This document shows, piece by piece, positions 8,445-17,293 of a DNA stretch of 64,000 bases (its first letter is position 1; the number at the start of each line of letters is the position of its first letter). The DNA is from Vicinamibacterales bacterium (GTDB lineage Bacteria > Acidobacteriota > Vicinamibacteria > Vicinamibacterales > 2-12-FULL-66-21), in contig JBAROV010000039.1 of the NCBI GenBank assembly GCA_049642465.1, positions 5,567-69,566 of the forward strand, given 5' to 3'. The notes under the pieces were generated by a model that was given only the letters and a program-made list of their open reading frames with translations, had not been told where the DNA came from and did not search any database. The position numbers and the translations under genes are program-made.

Positions 8445-10876
8445 GACGGGAGGATCCTGCGCGCCGAGAGGCGCATCGCGGCGGAGCTGATTCCGACAAC
8501 CGTGAGCGAACTGACCGGCATCAGCACCGCGGAGGCGAGTGGTGTCAGCGCGCCCGCGAGCGCGAAAGCCAATCCAATCGCGTTGTAAACCACGGAGATG
8601 ACGAAGCACGTGACCACCACCTGCCGTGCCAAACGCGTGTAACGAAGAAACGCAGGGAGATCGGCGAGTCGACCGCCGCTGATGATCGCGTCGCAGGCGG
8701 GCGCGAGACAGGACGTTCCGTCCGAGACGGCCATCCCGACATCCGCAGCCGCAAGCGCGCCGGCATCGTTGAGACCGTCACCCACCATCAGCACGTGGCG
8801 CCGGGCGGACTGCGCTGCACGGATGTAGGTCAGCTTGTCTTCAGGCGACTGCCTGAACCGCATGCGTTCGCCGAAGACCTCTCGCCACCGCACGCTCTCG
8901 CCGGCATGATCGCCGGACAACAGTGCGAGATCGTGGAGCCGCGAGAGATCTCGCGTCGCCTCCTCGATCCCTGGCCGCGCGGCCGCCGTCACCCGGATCC
9001 ATCCGCGCTCGTTCCCGACCGCAACGAACGTCACGTCAGGCGGCCCCACCATCGCGAACCCGAGCTGCTCCGACAGGAAGTCACGCGTGCCGATGATCAC
9101 TGCCCGCTCGTCGACACAGCCGCGAATACCCTGACCGGGTGCTTCGCATACATCGCGAGCCACCGGGCTCTCGGCCCGTGTCGCGATCGCGATGCGGCGG
9201 AGAGCACCGGCCATCGCGCGGCTGAGCGGATGCACCGATTCGGCAGCGAGGCGGCCAATCCGAACCAGGGCCAGCTGGCTGAGGCCGCTGTGTTCGATCT
9301 CGACCGCGCGGTCGGCCGTCGTGAGCGTGCCCGTTTTGTCGAACACCACGGAATCGACACGGCTCAGATCGAGGGCGACGGCGGGATTCCGCAAATACAA
9401 CCCACGTGTGCCCAAAAGGCCCATCGCGGTGCCAAGCGTGACCGGCGCCGAGAGCGTCAACGCGCATGGACACGCAATGATCAACACCGCCGTCGCAACG
9501 CTGGCGCTCTTGGCCGCGTCCGGCCACCAGGCGATGGCGCCCGCCGCGGCGAGCGCGAGCGCACCCACGGTGAACCATGCGCCAAAACTCGTGGTCACGC
9601 TTGTCAACCAGTGCGATTTGGCACGCGCGAAGACCTGATCACTCCAGAATGCGGCCAGACGGCTGTGCGAGACGGGCCGCACCACTTCGAGCCGCGTCGC
9701 GCGGCCAACGACGCGGCCGCCTGCGCGCACCGGCTGGCCCGGGTCGAGCACAACGGGTTTCCCCTCACCAGTCAGAAATGCGTAATCGAGATCGGCGGCG
9801 CGGTCGAGCAGAACCGCGTCCGCCGGCACGATCTCCTGCGGGCGCACGACGATTCGATCGCCCGGACGAAGTTCGCCAATCGGTACGATCTCGAGCAACT
9901 CCCCCGCTTCACGCTGAACGGAGAGAGGCAGAAAGGATCGAAACGTTCGATCGAAGGCGACGCGATCGAACACTTTCTGTTGAAAGAGTCGGCCGATGAG
10001 CAGGAAGAACACGAGCCCGGCGAACGAATCGAGGAATCCTTCGCCCCGCCCGGTCGCGATATCCACGACGCTGCGACCGAACAGCACGGCAAGCCCGATG
10101 GCAACGGGCACTTCGAGTGCGATCGTCCGGGCCTGCAGCGCCCGCCACGCGGTGCGGAAGTAATCCGCCGCGCTGAAGAGCAGCACCGGCAGGGCGAAGA
10201 GCACGTTCAGCGCATCGAAGAGCCGTTGGAATCCGGGTTCCAGCGGACCGCCGTTCGCGTAGCGCGGAATGCTGAAGAGCATGATGTTGCCGAACGCGAA
10301 ACCCGCGACTCCCAGTTGCAGATAGAGGCGGCGCGGAATCGAAGGGGCGGAGGACAATCGGCCTTCTTCAGCCGTGATAGCGGGTTCGTAACCGAGTCTG
10401 GCGAGGTGTTCCGCGATCTTTCGCAGCGACGTGACCTTCGGGTGAAAATCAATGCGCAGCGTGCGCCGCACGACATCGACTTCAGCATGGGTGACGCCTG
10501 AATCGAATCGCCACAACTGTTCGAGCAGCCAGACACAGGACGCGCAATGGATCGCCGGGATTGGCAGCACCCCACGCGCCACCCGGCCATCGTCAAACTG
10601 GACGAACGCGGCGGCAAGCTGAGGATCGTCCAGCGCCGCAAATCGCGACGTGTCCCGTGCTTCGGCGTCTTTTTGCGAAAGCCCCGGCTTGATGTCGCAC
10701 GTGTAGAAACCCTCGAGCTGATGCGCTTTCAGAATCGAATAGACGCTCTCGCAGCCGCGGCAGCAGAAGCGTCCATCAATAGACAGAATCGCCTCGGACT
10801 CACACCGATCACCGCAGTGGCGACAAAGTAATGAAGGATCGACGGATGGGTCCAGCAGCGGAGCAACGACAGCCAT
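8441..10876 (-). CDS. ccoI: Copper-translocating P1B-type ATPase CcoI/FixI
   Basis: CPC (IIACPCALT), DKTGTLT and MVGDGLNDAGAL motifs. Cys-rich N-terminal metal-binding domain (CRHCGDRC...FCCRGCESVY). Confidence 0.9.
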   Translation of the reverse strand: MAVVAPLLDPSVDPSLLCRHCGDRCESEAILSIDGRFCCRGCESVYSILKAHQLEGFYTCDIKPGLSQKDAEARDTSRFAALDDPQLAAAFVQFDDGRVARGVLPIPAIHCASCVWLLEQLWRFDSGVTHAEVDVVRRTLRIDFHPKVTSLRKIAEHLARLGYEPAITAEEGRLSSAPSIPRRLYLQLGVAGFAFGNIMLFSIPRYANGGPLEPGFQRLFDALNVLFALPVLLFSAADYFRTAWRALQARTIALEVPVAIGLAVLFGRSVVDIATGRGEGFLDSFAGLVFFLLIGRLFQQKVFDRVAFDRTFRSFLPLSVQREAGELLEIVPIGELRPGDRIVVRPQEIVPADAVLLDRAADLDYAFLTGEGKPVVLDPGQPVRAGGRVVGRATRLEVVRPVSHSRLAAFWSDQVFARAKSHWLTSVTTSFGAWFTVGALALAAAGAIAWWPDAAKSASVATAVLIIACPCALTLSAPVTLGTAMGLLGTRGLYLRNPAVALDLSRVDSVVFDKTGTLTTADRAVEIEHSGLSQLALVRIGRLAAESVHPLSRAMAGALRRIAIATRAESPVARDVCEAPGQGIRGCVDERAVIIGTRDFLSEQLGFAMVGPPDVTFVAVGNERGWIRVTAAARPGIEEATRDLSRLHDLALLSGDHAGESVRWREVFGERMRFRQSPEDKLTYIRAAQSARRHVLMVGDGLNDAGALAAADVGMAVSDGTSCLAPACDAIISGGRLADLPAFLRYTRLARQVVVTCFVISVVYNAIGLAFALAGALTPLASAVLMPVSSLTVVGISSAAMRLSARRILPS

Positions 10877-11016
10877 GGGACGTTCCCCGGTGAAAAGGCA
10901 AGCACGGTGCCCTGCTCCAAATCGAAGTGTTGTTGGGGAATTAGCACGCTCGCACTCGTCTCGGGACGCCTGGAACGGGGAATATTTCGCAGGGGTGGGG
11001 AGTTCTTGGCAGCGAC

Positions 11017-11054
11017 TTGACGGCAGACACTGCGGGATCTAGAGTTGCCGTCAA
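11017..11054. promoter_or_regulatory. 9-bp perfect inverted repeat TTGACGGCA-N20-TGCCGTCAA in the divergent ccoI / hypothetical-gene intergenic region
   Basis: Read directly at 11017-11025 and 11046-11054. Ends 24 nt upstream of ATG 11079. Confidence 0.4.
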
Positions 11055-11078
11055 CAACCAGTCTTCGAGGAGTCCATC

Positions 11079-11585
11079 ATGATTCCCTGGATCCTCGGCC
11101 TCGCCTTCCTGACGACGCCAGCCGGCACTGACATGCAGGACCCCTGTTCGTCAGGCCGTCCAGTTCGTCTCGTCTCCAACGTGATTCCGGCGCTCGGGCA
11201 GGGCCCGATATGGGCCGCAACCGGAGGTAAACCACTGGCCTGGGAAGACGCGAGAACACCCGTGCGGGTGCTCTGGCTACGGGACGTCACCGCCCGAGGA
11301 CCGGCGTTCCTGTCGGGGGCGCTGGTCGGTAAAGAGGGCAAGGGGGCGCCCACCGCGACATTCGCGACGTCTATGTACGGCAGTCGGCTCCCGCGCCTGA
11401 CGCTCGATCAGATTGGGGACAAGCCGAACGGGGTCAAGGATGTCGACCTCAAGAAGTACGCGTTCCACTGGACCTTCATGTGGTTCCCCAGTCCAGGGTG
11501 TTACGCGATTACGGGCAGCGTGGGCAGTCGGAAGTCTGTGATCTATCTGAGTGTCGCGCCCTCCAGCGGCAAAAAGGGCACGTAA
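11079..11585 (+). CDS. Hypothetical protein (no recognised domain)
   Basis: 168-aa ORF with G/C-rich third codon positions like its neighbours. GAGGAG lies 5 nt upstream of the ATG. Confidence 0.55.
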   Translation: MIPWILGLAFLTTPAGTDMQDPCSSGRPVRLVSNVIPALGQGPIWAATGGKPLAWEDARTPVRVLWLRDVTARGPAFLSGALVGKEGKGAPTATFATSMYGSRLPRLTLDQIGDKPNGVKDVDLKKYAFHWTFMWFPSPGCYAITGSVGSRKSVIYLSVAPSSGKKGT

Positions 11586-11600
11586 ACCGCCTTCGCCAAG

Positions 11601-11903
11601 CTACTTCGCGGACGTCTTGAGGGTCAGCGCCAGGGCCTTGAGGTCATCCCTCGTGACGGCCAGATCTGCCTGCGCGAATCGTCCGGGGTACAGGATCATC
11701 CGATATTTTGCGTGGGATTCCAGCGCCTGCATCTGGTGGTCGACGGGAAGATCGGCCGGGACCCTGGCCCGTGTGGGAGTCACGTCGGAGATCGCATCCT
11801 GTAGCGAAGCTGCTTGCGGGGAGGAGGCTGCTCCGCTGAACGCAGAGCCGAAACCCAGAGCCAGCATCCAGACCGCCAGAACCATCAGGAAACGCCCGGG
11901 CAT
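11601..11903 (-). CDS. Small secreted hypothetical protein
   Basis: Internal start MPGRFLMVLAVWMLALGFGSAFSG (signal-peptide-like) preceded by GGGGAG with a 6-nt spacer. No recognised domain. Confidence 0.45.
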   Translation of the reverse strand: MPGRFLMVLAVWMLALGFGSAFSGAASSPQAASLQDAISDVTPTRARVPADLPVDHQMQALESHAKYRMILYPGRFAQADLAVTRDDLKALALTLKTSAK

Positions 11904-11998
11904 TGCTTGCTCCCCGCTAATCATAAGGCTGGGAACCGTTTCACTCAATTGTCGTCTATCCATCATTACGTAAACGACGGACTCCACCGGAGACGGTC

Positions 11999-12682
11999 AT
12001 GCGTGAATCCTTCAGCTACCCAATCGCGATGATGACTGCCGTTGTACTCGCGGCATCTGTGAGTGGCGAATCGCCGCAGCAGCCCACTAGCACACAGCAA
12101 ATCGACCTCGCGGAGCGGCTGACGGTCGGGAAACTGCGGGGCGTCAATCGCGAGGCGACGGCGCTGACCGGTGGCCGGCGCGGCGTGCATCTCGATGCGA
12201 AGCCCGGCAATGGTGTGATCTGGATTGAGGGGACCGATTTCGCGCAAGGCGCGATCGAACTGGACGTGCGGGGAAAAGATGTCATGGGGCAGAGTTTTCT
12301 CGGCGTGGCCTTCCACGGTAAGGATGACAACACCTACGAAGCCGTGTATCTCCGCCCGTTCAATTTCCGCGCGGAGGATCCCGCGCGGCACCAGCACGCG
12401 GTGCAGTACATCTCGCTCCCCGACTATGACTGGCCACGGCTGCGGAAGGAGTTCCCGGAGGAATTCGAAAATCCGGTCGATCCGTCCGTTTCGCCAACCG
12501 AGTGGGTGCCTCTGCGCGTGGTCGTGAAGGGGCAGACGATCCAGATCTTCGTCGGCCCCGTGAAAACTCCCGCACTCGAAGTGCGCAAACTCGGCTCGTT
12601 GGACCGAGGCCGGGTCGGCTTGTGGGTCGGCAACACCAGCGACGGCGACTTCGCGAACCTGCGGATCACTCCCATGAAGTGA
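11999..12682 (+). CDS. Secreted ConA/LamG-like jelly-roll protein (DUF1080-like)
   Basis: Signal-like N-terminus. The C-terminal pattern WVPLRVVVKGQTIQIFVG...GRVGLWVGNTSDGDFANLRI resembles the DUF1080 / 3-keto-disaccharide hydrolase family. Family assignment is from memory. Confidence 0.5.
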   Translation: MRESFSYPIAMMTAVVLAASVSGESPQQPTSTQQIDLAERLTVGKLRGVNREATALTGGRRGVHLDAKPGNGVIWIEGTDFAQGAIELDVRGKDVMGQSFLGVAFHGKDDNTYEAVYLRPFNFRAEDPARHQHAVQYISLPDYDWPRLRKEFPEEFENPVDPSVSPTEWVPLRVVVKGQTIQIFVGPVKTPALEVRKLGSLDRGRVGLWVGNTSDGDFANLRITPMK

Positions 12683-12693
12683 TCGCCACGAAT

Positions 12694-13509
12694 TCACCGC
12701 TTTGTCACGACAACTTCGACGTACTCGGCAGGAACCACCATGGTCGAATCGCCACTGACGTTGAATTCGTCGATGAGTTCGGTCAGGTCGCGCTCCAGCC
12801 GCTGCTGCGCGTCCGCGGACATACCGGCAAATGCCTTGTGAATCGGCCCGTACCATTCCCGGAACACGTCGACCCAGTGCGCAGCCGAGCGATATCGAAA
12901 TGCGAAGTTGCGCGGCGTGAGCGTGATCTCGGACGCCGAGGGGCGGAAGAGAGTCTCCACCTGATCCTGCGTTCCCCATCGCGACGGTGGCGTAATCCCG
13001 GGCGGCGGCGGGACGTGTCGTCCGATCAGGCTGAACAGTCGTCCGATAAACCCCGCAGGCGTCCAGTTGGCGAGACCTATTCGGCCGCCGCGGCGGCAGA
13101 CGCGGAGCAGTTCGCTGGCGGTCCTGACATGGTTGGGCGTAAACATCACGCCGAACGATGAGAGCACCGCGTCGAACTCCTCGTTCTGGAAGGGCAGCGC
13201 CTCTGCGTCAGCCACCTGAAAACGGATCGAGAGCCGCTCGCCCGCGGCGCGTCGTCGTCCATCCTCGAGGAGTGATGGGACGTAGTCGGTGGAGGTCACG
13301 TCGCAAAAACGGCGGGCCGCCGCCAACGAACAGTTGCCGTTGCCTGCGGCTACGTCCAGCACTTTCCAACCCGCCCGCAGGTCGACTGCTTCGCACAGCA
13401 ACTCGCCGACGATTTGCAGTCTCGTGCCGATGACTCCGTAATCGCCTGACGCCCACGTGGCGTGCTGTCGTTCTTTGATCGCGTCCAGATCGGCAACTGT
13501 GGTCACCAC
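12694..13509 (-). CDS. Class I SAM-dependent methyltransferase
   Basis: Motif I VLDVAAGNGN and the downstream acidic motif (TSTDY), then FDAVLSSFGVMF. 1-nt gap to the upstream DUF4242 gene. Confidence 0.8.
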   Translation of the reverse strand: MVTTVADLDAIKERQHATWASGDYGVIGTRLQIVGELLCEAVDLRAGWKVLDVAAGNGNCSLAAARRFCDVTSTDYVPSLLEDGRRRAAGERLSIRFQVADAEALPFQNEEFDAVLSSFGVMFTPNHVRTASELLRVCRRGGRIGLANWTPAGFIGRLFSLIGRHVPPPPGITPPSRWGTQDQVETLFRPSASEITLTPRNFAFRYRSAAHWVDVFREWYGPIHKAFAGMSADAQQRLERDLTELIDEFNVSGDSTMVVPAEYVEVVVTKR

Positions 13510-13510
13510 C

Positions 13511-13762
13511 TTACACCCCCTCTTTCACTTCAATCAGTTGATCGGCGACGAGACCGTGCGCTTCGCGATGAACGGCGATCGCCGATTCCTTGTCGGGCGC
13601 CTCGATCAAACAAAAGACCTTGCCGGTCGCTTCGTCATACCAGTATTTCAGGTACTTGACTCCGTACTTTCCCTGGGTCTTCAGGTCTGCCTGATGTGCG
13701 TCGGCAACGGCATCTGCAGTGAGCCCGTCAACGTGATTGTGGACATCCATGAACAGTGGCAT
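13511..13762 (-). CDS. DUF4242-domain protein (SCO4226-like small alpha/beta protein)
   Basis: MPLFMDVH...DLKTQGKYGVKYLKYWYDE..GKVFCLIEAPDKE...VHREAHGL is the typical DUF4242 pattern. Confidence 0.7.
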   Translation of the reverse strand: MPLFMDVHNHVDGLTADAVADAHQADLKTQGKYGVKYLKYWYDEATGKVFCLIEAPDKESAIAVHREAHGLVADQLIEVKEGV

Positions 13763-13879
13763 CGGGTTACCCTCGTGTCTTTGAAAGGTGATCTACTAGT
13801 AAGATCGATCTGCATCGAACAGTGCGAGTGTAGCGAGCGCCCGTGGACACCCGAATGACCTCGCGTCCGCGGGAGCTTG

Positions 13880-13904
13880 CCAGGCGTCCGAATAAGACGC
13901 CTGG
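13880..13904. other. Perfect 9-bp stem / 7-nt loop hairpin CCAGGCGTC-CGAATAA-GACGCCTGG
   Basis: Read directly. Lies in the divergent DUF4242 / AraC intergenic region, 50 nt upstream of the AraC start. Confidence 0.4.
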
Positions 13905-13953
13905 CTGCTCGAGCGTCCGGCGGTCTTGCTCGATCGTCCGCGGAGGGTCAGCC

Positions 13954-14928
13954 ATGGATGCGTTGTCGGATGTCCTGCGGGCGGTGCGTCTCTCCGGCGC
14001 CATCTTCTTCGACGTCTGCGCGTCGGCTCCATGGGTTGCCGAGACGCCAGCAGGTCGATCGATTGTCGGAAAGATGTTCCCGGGGGCCGAACATCTCATC
14101 TCGTATCACGTGATCACGCACGGCGGCTGCTGGGCGAGCGTTGCCGGCGAACCTGCCATGCAGTTGTCGGCCGGCGACGTCGTTGTTTTTCCGCACGGCG
14201 ATGCGCATGCGATGTCGAGCGCGCCTGGCTTGCGCAATCCGCCGAATCTCGCGCTGTATCGACGGCCGAACGACGGCCAGCTGCCGTTTACCATGACGGT
14301 CGGCACGACCGGCCAGGACTCGGCGCGTTTTGTGTGCGGGTTTCTCGGGTGCGATGCGCGGCCGTTCAATCCACTGCTGGACGCCCTCCCGCGAGCCATC
14401 CACGTCAGCGATCGCGCGGGCGGTCCGATCTCCTCGTTCGTGCAGTTCGCCGTGGCGGAGTCAAAGGAGCCGCGTATCGGCGGCGAGTGCGTGCTCGGGC
14501 GCCTCAGCGAGCTGATGTTCGTGGACGTCGTCCGCCGGTACATGGAGACGCTGTCAGACGACCGCGGGGGCTGGTTGGCGGGGCTGCGCGAACCATTCGT
14601 CGGTCGCGCCCTCGCGGCACTTCATCGCAGCCCCACTCGTGAGTGGACGATCGAATCGTTGGCGCGTGAAGTCGGACTGTCGCGGTCTGTGCTCGCGGAG
14701 CGATTCACGCAGTACGTGGGGCAACCACCAATCCAGTACCTGACCAACTGGAGGATGCAACTCGCGGCGAACTATCTGCTGAGCGGCACGGACAGCGTCG
14801 CGGCCATCGCCGATCGCGTCGGCTACGAGTCTGAAGCGGCATTCAGCCGGGCGTTCAAGAAAGCGGTGGGCCGGCCACCCGCGGAATGGCGGAAGATCCG
14901 AACCGGCCGGGCGCAAGCCGTCTGCTAA
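13954..14928 (+). CDS. AraC-family transcriptional regulator with N-terminal cupin-type sensor domain
   Basis: N-terminus [19 protein letters not shown] (AraC_N/cupin_6 type). C-terminal double HTH ([16 protein letters not shown] ... [19 protein letters not shown]). Start moved to ATG 13954, which is preceded by GGAGGG. Confidence 0.85.
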   Translation: MDALSDVLRAVRLSGAIFFDVCASAPWVAETPAGRSIVGKMFPGAEHLISYHVITHGGCWASVAGEPAMQLSAGDVVVFPHGDAHAMSSAPGLRNPPNLALYRRPNDGQLPFTMTVGTTGQDSARFVCGFLGCDARPFNPLLDALPRAIHVSDRAGGPISSFVQFAVAESKEPRIGGECVLGRLSELMFVDVVRRYMETLSDDRGGWLAGLREPFVGRALAALHRSPTREWTIESLAREVGLSRSVLAERFTQYVGQPPIQYLTNWRMQLAANYLLSGTDSVAAIADRVGYESEAAFSRAFKKAVGRPPAEWRKIRTGRAQAVC

Positions 14929-16709
14929 AATCCGCCGCCACCGCCGCCACCGAAACCGCCGCCGCTCGACCCGCCGCTGAATCCGGATCCGCCACTGCTC
15001 CTCGGCGCCGACGCCATCGTCGACGCCGCGGCCGTGGACATCACACCCAGGTTGCGCGTGAACGAGGTCGGATGGAAGGTGGTCATGCCGCCAGGACCGC
15101 TGTACCAGGACGGCGGCTCGGTGTAGATCCCTTCGAAGGCCTTGGCCCAGTTCCCCTCGACGCCGAGCGCCATCGCATACGGCAGAAACCTCTCGAACAT
15201 CGCCGGCGTCTTCACCATGCGATCGAGCCGGTCGCCTTCCACCCGTGCGAGAAATTCACGGAACCCCAGCACCTTCTCGAGCTCGCGCGTGCCACGAGTT
15301 GTCCGCGACGGCATGAACCACCCAAAGACCGCAATGACAATGGCGGAAAGGATGCCCGCCGCGATGCCGGCCGCTGGCTGCATGCCAAGTGACGTCAGAA
15401 TCACGGCGCTGGCCACGCCAACCACCACGCCAACGACGAGACCGCCCACGATGTAGAGAACGCGCACGTGATCCGGGCGGCCCGAGTAGTAGCCATCCTT
15501 GACCAGCTTGCCGTACAGCTCGTCGCGCAAGCCGGGCAGGTTCTTATAGAACTTGTTCTTGAGATCGGACAACGTCACCGTGTTTTCAGCGCCGGTGAAC
15601 ATGGCCTTCAACAGATCGCGCTCGTGGGCTTTGATCGCACTCCACTCGCTGCGATCCTTTGTGAGCGTGAACGTATAGTCCTTGTCGGACCATAGTCCGA
15701 AGAGTCGCTCGTTTTCCTTCTCGGCGATGTGCAGGTATCCGCGCACCGCGAGATCGACGATGCTTGCCGTGATGTCGCGCATGTCCGGCTTGCCGTCGAT
15801 GAGCGTTCCGAGCTCCGCCGGCGTCATCTGAGCCGGCGGCTCGTACTGGGTCGTAATCGGCGCCAGTTCCGGGTCGCGGCCGCGCTTGCGCCACAGGCGA
15901 AACATCGCGAGAAACACCAGCGGCGGAATGGCAAGGGGCAAGTTGCTCGAAACGACCGCTGTCGTCTTCTCGACAGCCGTCGGTCGGTGAACGACGCCCG
16001 GGTTCCAGCCAACGACGACAGTCAGACCTTCGCGCATGCCGAGACCGCGACTCGTTTGAACGTGCACGCCGTCTGGCCGAAGGGACACGTCAGACTGTTC
16101 GGTCGAGCCGTAGGCACCACGGAACGCCGTAGCACGGACCCCCGATGCTCCAGCCGGAAGTCTGACATCCGCCGCTGCCGACTCGATCGGCACTTCCCAC
16201 TCGTCGCCGGTGACGTTCCAGTACAGCTCGTCGTGCTCATCGAAGAAGCGCAGGCCGTTTGCGACCCGATATCGCAATTTGACGACGCGAGTCGTGTCCG
16301 TAGCGCCAGGGACCCAGATCTTGATTTTGCGATAGTGCCGCTCGCGGCTGCTCTCGTACTTCAAATCGGTTCCCTCATCATCCGTGACCGAGTCGACGTT
16401 CAGGCGCAGCGTGTAATTGAGCCCCTGCGGCGTGCGGTACTCGATCGGAATCGTGCGGAAGATGCCGTTCCACGAACCAGTGAAGCGAGCGACGATCGTC
16501 TCCTCGACCAGCAGCGACCCATCTGCCGCAACCGTGATGGTCGCATCGAGACTTTGAATGACGAGCGTTCGATCCGCGGCAGCTGGCGCGGCGCTGAGCA
16601 GCAGGAGGAGCGCCAGAGCCGCGGCTGGGCGGTATCCGCCTCCGCGCGAAGCCCTAGCGCGCAATCCCGACGAAGCTCGAAGAGCGATGTCGGGGCGAAG
16701 GCGAATCAT
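14925..16709 (-). CDS. DUF2207-domain membrane protein with Gly-rich C-terminal tail
   Basis: Signal peptide, large extracytoplasmic N-domain, three TM helices and the tail [23 protein letters not shown]. Start codon abuts the lemA stop with no gap. Confidence 0.75.
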   Translation of the reverse strand: MIRLRPDIALRASSGLRARASRGGGYRPAAALALLLLLSAAPAAADRTLVIQSLDATITVAADGSLLVEETIVARFTGSWNGIFRTIPIEYRTPQGLNYTLRLNVDSVTDDEGTDLKYESSRERHYRKIKIWVPGATDTTRVVKLRYRVANGLRFFDEHDELYWNVTGDEWEVPIESAAADVRLPAGASGVRATAFRGAYGSTEQSDVSLRPDGVHVQTSRGLGMREGLTVVVGWNPGVVHRPTAVEKTTAVVSSNLPLAIPPLVFLAMFRLWRKRGRDPELAPITTQYEPPAQMTPAELGTLIDGKPDMRDITASIVDLAVRGYLHIAEKENERLFGLWSDKDYTFTLTKDRSEWSAIKAHERDLLKAMFTGAENTVTLSDLKNKFYKNLPGLRDELYGKLVKDGYYSGRPDHVRVLYIVGGLVVGVVVGVASAVILTSLGMQPAAGIAAGILSAIVIAVFGWFMPSRTTRGTRELEKVLGFREFLARVEGDRLDRMVKTPAMFERFLPYAMALGVEGNWAKAFEGIYTEPPSWYSGPGGMTTFHPTSFTRNLGVMSTAAASTMASAPRSSGGSGFSGGSSGGGFGGGGGGGF

Positions 16710-17264
16710 TCAGAACTTCACCTGCGGTACGGCTTTCTCGGTGTCGGGAACCTCGAAGAACTCCCGATTCTTGAATCCAAACATGCCGGCGATGATGTTG
16801 GAAGGGAACTGCTGAATGCGCGTATTGAGATCGCGCACCACGGCGTTGTAATAGCGGCGGGCATTCTGGATCGCGTCTTCAATCTGGGAGAGCGTGCCCT
16901 GGAGCTGCGCGAAATTCTCAGCCGCACGAAGCTGTGGATACGACTCGGCCAGCGCGAACAGCCCGCGCAACGCTCCGGTCAGGGCGCCCTCCGCCTGCCC
17001 GCGCTCGGCAGGCCCGGCCCCCTGGACGGAGACGGCGCGGTTCCTGGCGTTGATGACCGCTTCAAGAGTCTGCCGCTCGTGGCTGGCGTAGCCCTTGACG
17101 GTTTCAACGACGTTCGGAATGAGATCGTAGCGGCGCTTCAACTGCACGTCGATGTCCGCCCAGGCATTGTTCGTCTGGACGTTCAAGCGTACCAAGCCGT
17201 TGTAAATCGAGATGACCGCCACGGCAATCACGGCCAGCGCGATCAAGACAATGATGGGAATCAT
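16710..17264 (-). CDS. lemA: LemA-family protein
   Basis: N-terminal TM helix then YNGLVRL....NAWADIDVQLKRRYDLIPN.VETVKGYA.HE, the LemA signature. Start at ATG 17264 is preceded by GAGGA. Confidence 0.85.
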   Translation of the reverse strand: MIPIIVLIALAVIAVAVISIYNGLVRLNVQTNNAWADIDVQLKRRYDLIPNVVETVKGYASHERQTLEAVINARNRAVSVQGAGPAERGQAEGALTGALRGLFALAESYPQLRAAENFAQLQGTLSQIEDAIQNARRYYNAVVRDLNTRIQQFPSNIIAGMFGFKNREFFEVPDTEKAVPQVKF

Positions 17265-17293
17265 GCAGTCCTCGTCCTCTCGGCGCCACACCC

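Noticed and set aside
8795-10501. 568-aa plus-strand ORF antisense to ccoI. Similar long antisense ORFs occur at 15729-17297, 11966-12979, 6791-7768, 23282-24484, 46991-48424 and 60055-62241.
   Set aside because: These are typical high-GC shadow ORFs. Their products are Arg/Ala/Pro-rich and low-complexity with no motifs. Each is fully covered by an opposite-strand gene that has strong family signatures.
10877-11078. Looked for an FNR/Anr box (TTGAT-N4-ATCAA) upstream of the cbb3 operon.
   Set aside because: No match was seen by eye. Only the widely spaced TTGACGGCA/TGCCGTCAA repeat is present, and that is reported separately without claiming FNR binding.
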